From Lama guanicoe (lineage: Eukaryota): 63,837 bases of DNA. The stretch lies in assembly GCA_013239625.1 (NCBI GenBank), contig MU057102.1, positions 1,699,432 to 1,763,268 on the forward strand. Reading direction: 5' to 3'. Below the pieces are notes generated by a model, which saw only the letters and a list, made by a program, of their open reading frames with translations, was not told where the DNA came from and made no database searches. Position numbers and translations under genes: made by a program. Numbering within the stretch: the first letter of the stretch is position 1; every line of letters starts with the position of its first letter. Shown in pieces: positions 61,163 to 63,837 of the stretch.

Positions 61163-62509
61163 CGCGCAGCATGAGCGATCACAGAGAGGAGAGACCTCGG
61201 ACCCCAGAAGGAGAACCCAGGGGTCCCACAGTGTGCTAAGTGGATCTCGTCTCTAGATAAAGGGCGAGGAATGGTGGAGGAAATGGGGCTGAGACCCACG
61301 TCACCAGGCGGTGCGGACCAGCAGGATCGGGCGGCTTACCCTGGACGCAGAGAGGGGCTAGGAGAGCAGGGGCCTCCCCCTCCTCCCTGCCCGCGCCAGC
61401 CTGGCTGGCGGTGGACCACACCGCGAGGCCGCGGGAGGCGTTGTCCTTCTGGCTTGGGGACCCCCGGGGCTCCCGTCCTGCCCCATGACCACGGGGACCT
61501 CGGACTCCAGGCTCCAGTCCTCATCTGTAAAATGGGGGTCATCGTGATCCCACCAGTGTGGCTCTCCTGAGGAGTGAGTGAGCTAAAATACACAGAAACT
61601 TCTGGACAAGCGTCCCGTTCATGGGGAAGCATGTGGTGGGCCCCCTGGGAAAGTCAGCTGTTGTTGTCATGAAGGATTTGGAACCCTGCTCGGTGCGTTG
61701 ACCTTGAGCGTGTCCTGTGCAGACCCCAGGGGCCAGGTGGGGGACCCGTCAAAGCTGGCAGGAGACACAGAGCAGAGCAGCCCATTCAGTGACGAGGCTG
61801 TCAAGGGGGCCACCGTCGAGGGGGTCGCCTTCTCGGAGCAAGGCTGTCAGGGTCCAACAGACACTCCCATGGGAGAGGCAGAAAGCAAGCTCATGGCTGA
61901 TGGGCCAGGGGCCAGAGTGAGGCCCCACAGTGTCCTGGCTCGTCGGGGCCTGAAGTGGCTGGGCTGCAGGACTGGTCCAAAGGCAGCCCCGCCATGCAGT
62001 TTCCACCCTGACTTGGGACCGGGGCGGGGGGGGATGGGGGTGACGCTGCATCCGAGCCCTGCAGTCCATGGCTCCCGACCCTCCACTCATCCCCACTGGG
62101 AGCCTGCGGGGGCCAGGGTCTCCCCCTGCCCCCAGCACCCCACCCTCCTGGTGCGCCGCAGCCATGCCGTCTGGGGCTGCCCAGGCGGAGGTCTGCTCTG
62201 TAAATAAGAAGGCAGATCATCGGGTCGCCACCTTGTTCCCTGTGGTGAAGCAGGTCCCTGGGTGGGTGGCGCACTCTCTTCGCCTGTTCAGCTGCCAAGC
62301 TGACTTCTCAAAACTCCTCTGCAGGAGCATCCTAATTGTGTTAGCCTTGATTTAAGACTTCTGTTCAAATACGTGAGAGTCCAAGCCCTTGCCAACCTGC
62401 CGGTGTTCTGGGCGAGCCGGTCCTGTGTGCTTCCACCAGAAGATGCGGCAGGGAAGTGGGAGGGAGGGGGAAGGGCCGGGGCCCCAGAGACGCCCTCCTC
62501 CACGCCGGG

Positions 62510-62705
62510 ATGCTGGTGGGGCACTAAACGCACGCTTGCCCGCACACGATCTGCGACGCCCTGTGGGGCAGCTGCTGTTACAATCCCCGTTCTAGAGTCC
62601 ATGAAACGAGGCTCAGAAAGGGTAAGCCACACGCCCAAGGTCACCCCGCTTGGAAGCGGCAGAGAGAAGATTTAAGGCAGGTCAGCCTGACTTCCAAGCA
62701 ACACT
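62510..62705 (-). mobile_element. MIR SINE fragment
   Basis: atccccgttctagag...gaaacgaggctcagaaagggtaag...cccaaggtcac...gatttaaggcaggtcagcctgacttcca. Confidence 0.65.
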
Positions 62706-63642
62706 CTTTGTCTCCTGTACTCACAGGAAGGAGGGGCTGCAGGCAGCCCGCAAGGACCCTGGGCAGTCAGCATGGAGCTCTGTAATTAGGTTAGGAAGTA
62801 ATAATTATGCAAACCCTGGGTGGGGGACTTGGCTGACTAGAAATTCAGGTCGAGATGGCCGGCCGGCCGGCCGGCCAGGGAGGCATCTGGGCCTCCTTCC
62901 CTTGGAGGCGCACGTCAGCAGCATCGGGGCGAGGCTCCGCCTCCTCCAGGCCTTGGAACGTGACTCCAGCTGCTCCTGGGTGATGTGCCGGATTCTCTCC
63001 CACCTGCCAGGAGGCTCCACCCCCTGCCCCGGGTCCTGGGGGAGAGGACCCTCCTTCACACACTCGTCTGGGTCCCTCTTAGCACAGAGCAGCGTTGTTG
63101 GGTGCAGCCTGGCTTTCGAGACCGCAGTGTGGTCAACTGGTCGGGAGTAGAGTACCCCTCCCCCCACACAGCAGATGATGGCCACGGTCATGACCGCATT
63201 GTTCCTACTGCATCATCGCCCCCATCCCAGTGCAGGGGCAGGCAGGGCCTCGACACCCTTGCTGAATAAATGTCACAGAAGGAAACCCAGAGACTGAGTG
63301 GCAAGAGCTTGTGTGTGTGCCAAAACAGCCCACTCTGGGCTGCCTCCATGACAAGTTTCATTTCCAGTCTATAGTCCAGTGGCTGCCATGTCCGCCCCCA
63401 CCGCCAGGAGCTGGTGCCATCAGGGAAACTCTTCAAGCCCATAATTCTCTGGGAATATCACCTTGTTTACACACAGATAAGGCTACTCGGTAGCCAGCTG
63501 GATATTGATCGGGATCCTCAAAGCACATGATGCAGTGAGCAGTTCTGACCCTTGACCTGACGTGTAAATATGGGCAGCCTGCAAACATGTGTGAGCACCC
63601 GGGCCCTACACAGGGCTGGGACGGGGCAGGCAGGTGTTCCAC

Positions 63643-63837
63643 GTGGATGGATGGTGGGTGGACTGGTGACGAGCAGGCAGATGGGTAGACAGGTGAGAGG
63701 ACGGACAGATGGGTGGGATGGGTGGTAGCTTTGTGAATGTGTTAGTGGAAGGCTGGGAGACAGGACTGCAGCTGAGTAGCTGGACGGTGAATCATACACA
63801 AACAAGTGAATGCATCGTAGATGGTGGGTAACTGGAT
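63643..63837. repeat. Degenerate (GGAT/GGGT)n tract to the window end
   Basis: tggatggatggtgggtggac...agatgggtgggatggg. Confidence 0.7.

Noticed and set aside
1-63837. Hundreds of 60-320 aa ORFs in the six-frame track
   Set aside because: They have Pro/Gly/Arg/Ala-biased, low-information composition, overlap on all frames, often use non-ATG starts and show no recognisable domains. This is expected by chance in GC-rich mammalian DNA.
1-63837. CRISPR array, operon or other prokaryotic-type system
   Set aside because: No regularly spaced repeat-spacer array or gene-dense block; mammalian repeats occur throughout.

Overview
GC-rich mammalian genomic DNA, most likely from a camelid, because it carries two tRNA-derived SINEs resembling vic-1 and no Alu, B1 or Bov-A elements. 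The only protein-coding gene I can support is the intronless-CDS alpha-2C adrenergic receptor gene ADRA2C (minus strand, 15277->13892, 461 codons). It lies in a CpG island, has a GC-box promoter near 16.2 kb and a polyA signal at 13356-13361. Two N-blocks hide TM2-TM4 and TM6-TM7 and keep the reading frame. The rest is intergenic: old L1/HAL1, MaLR/ERVL LTRs, MER20/MER5, MIR/L2 and simple repeats, with several AT-rich motif-dense islands (candidate enhancers) and an orphan CpG island near 43.6-44.1 kb. The most notable observations are (i) a stack of upstream ORFs in the ADRA2C leader, including a 150-codon uORF with a perfect Kozak start that ends 14 nt before the receptor ATG, (ii) pervasive AT->GC and CpG gain in ancient repeats, suggesting GC-biased gene conversion, and (iii) N-blocks whose sizes match the missing codons, which points to masking rather than true gaps. 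I found no evidence for a new multi-gene system. Repeat family names and comparisons with human come from recall, not from database searches.
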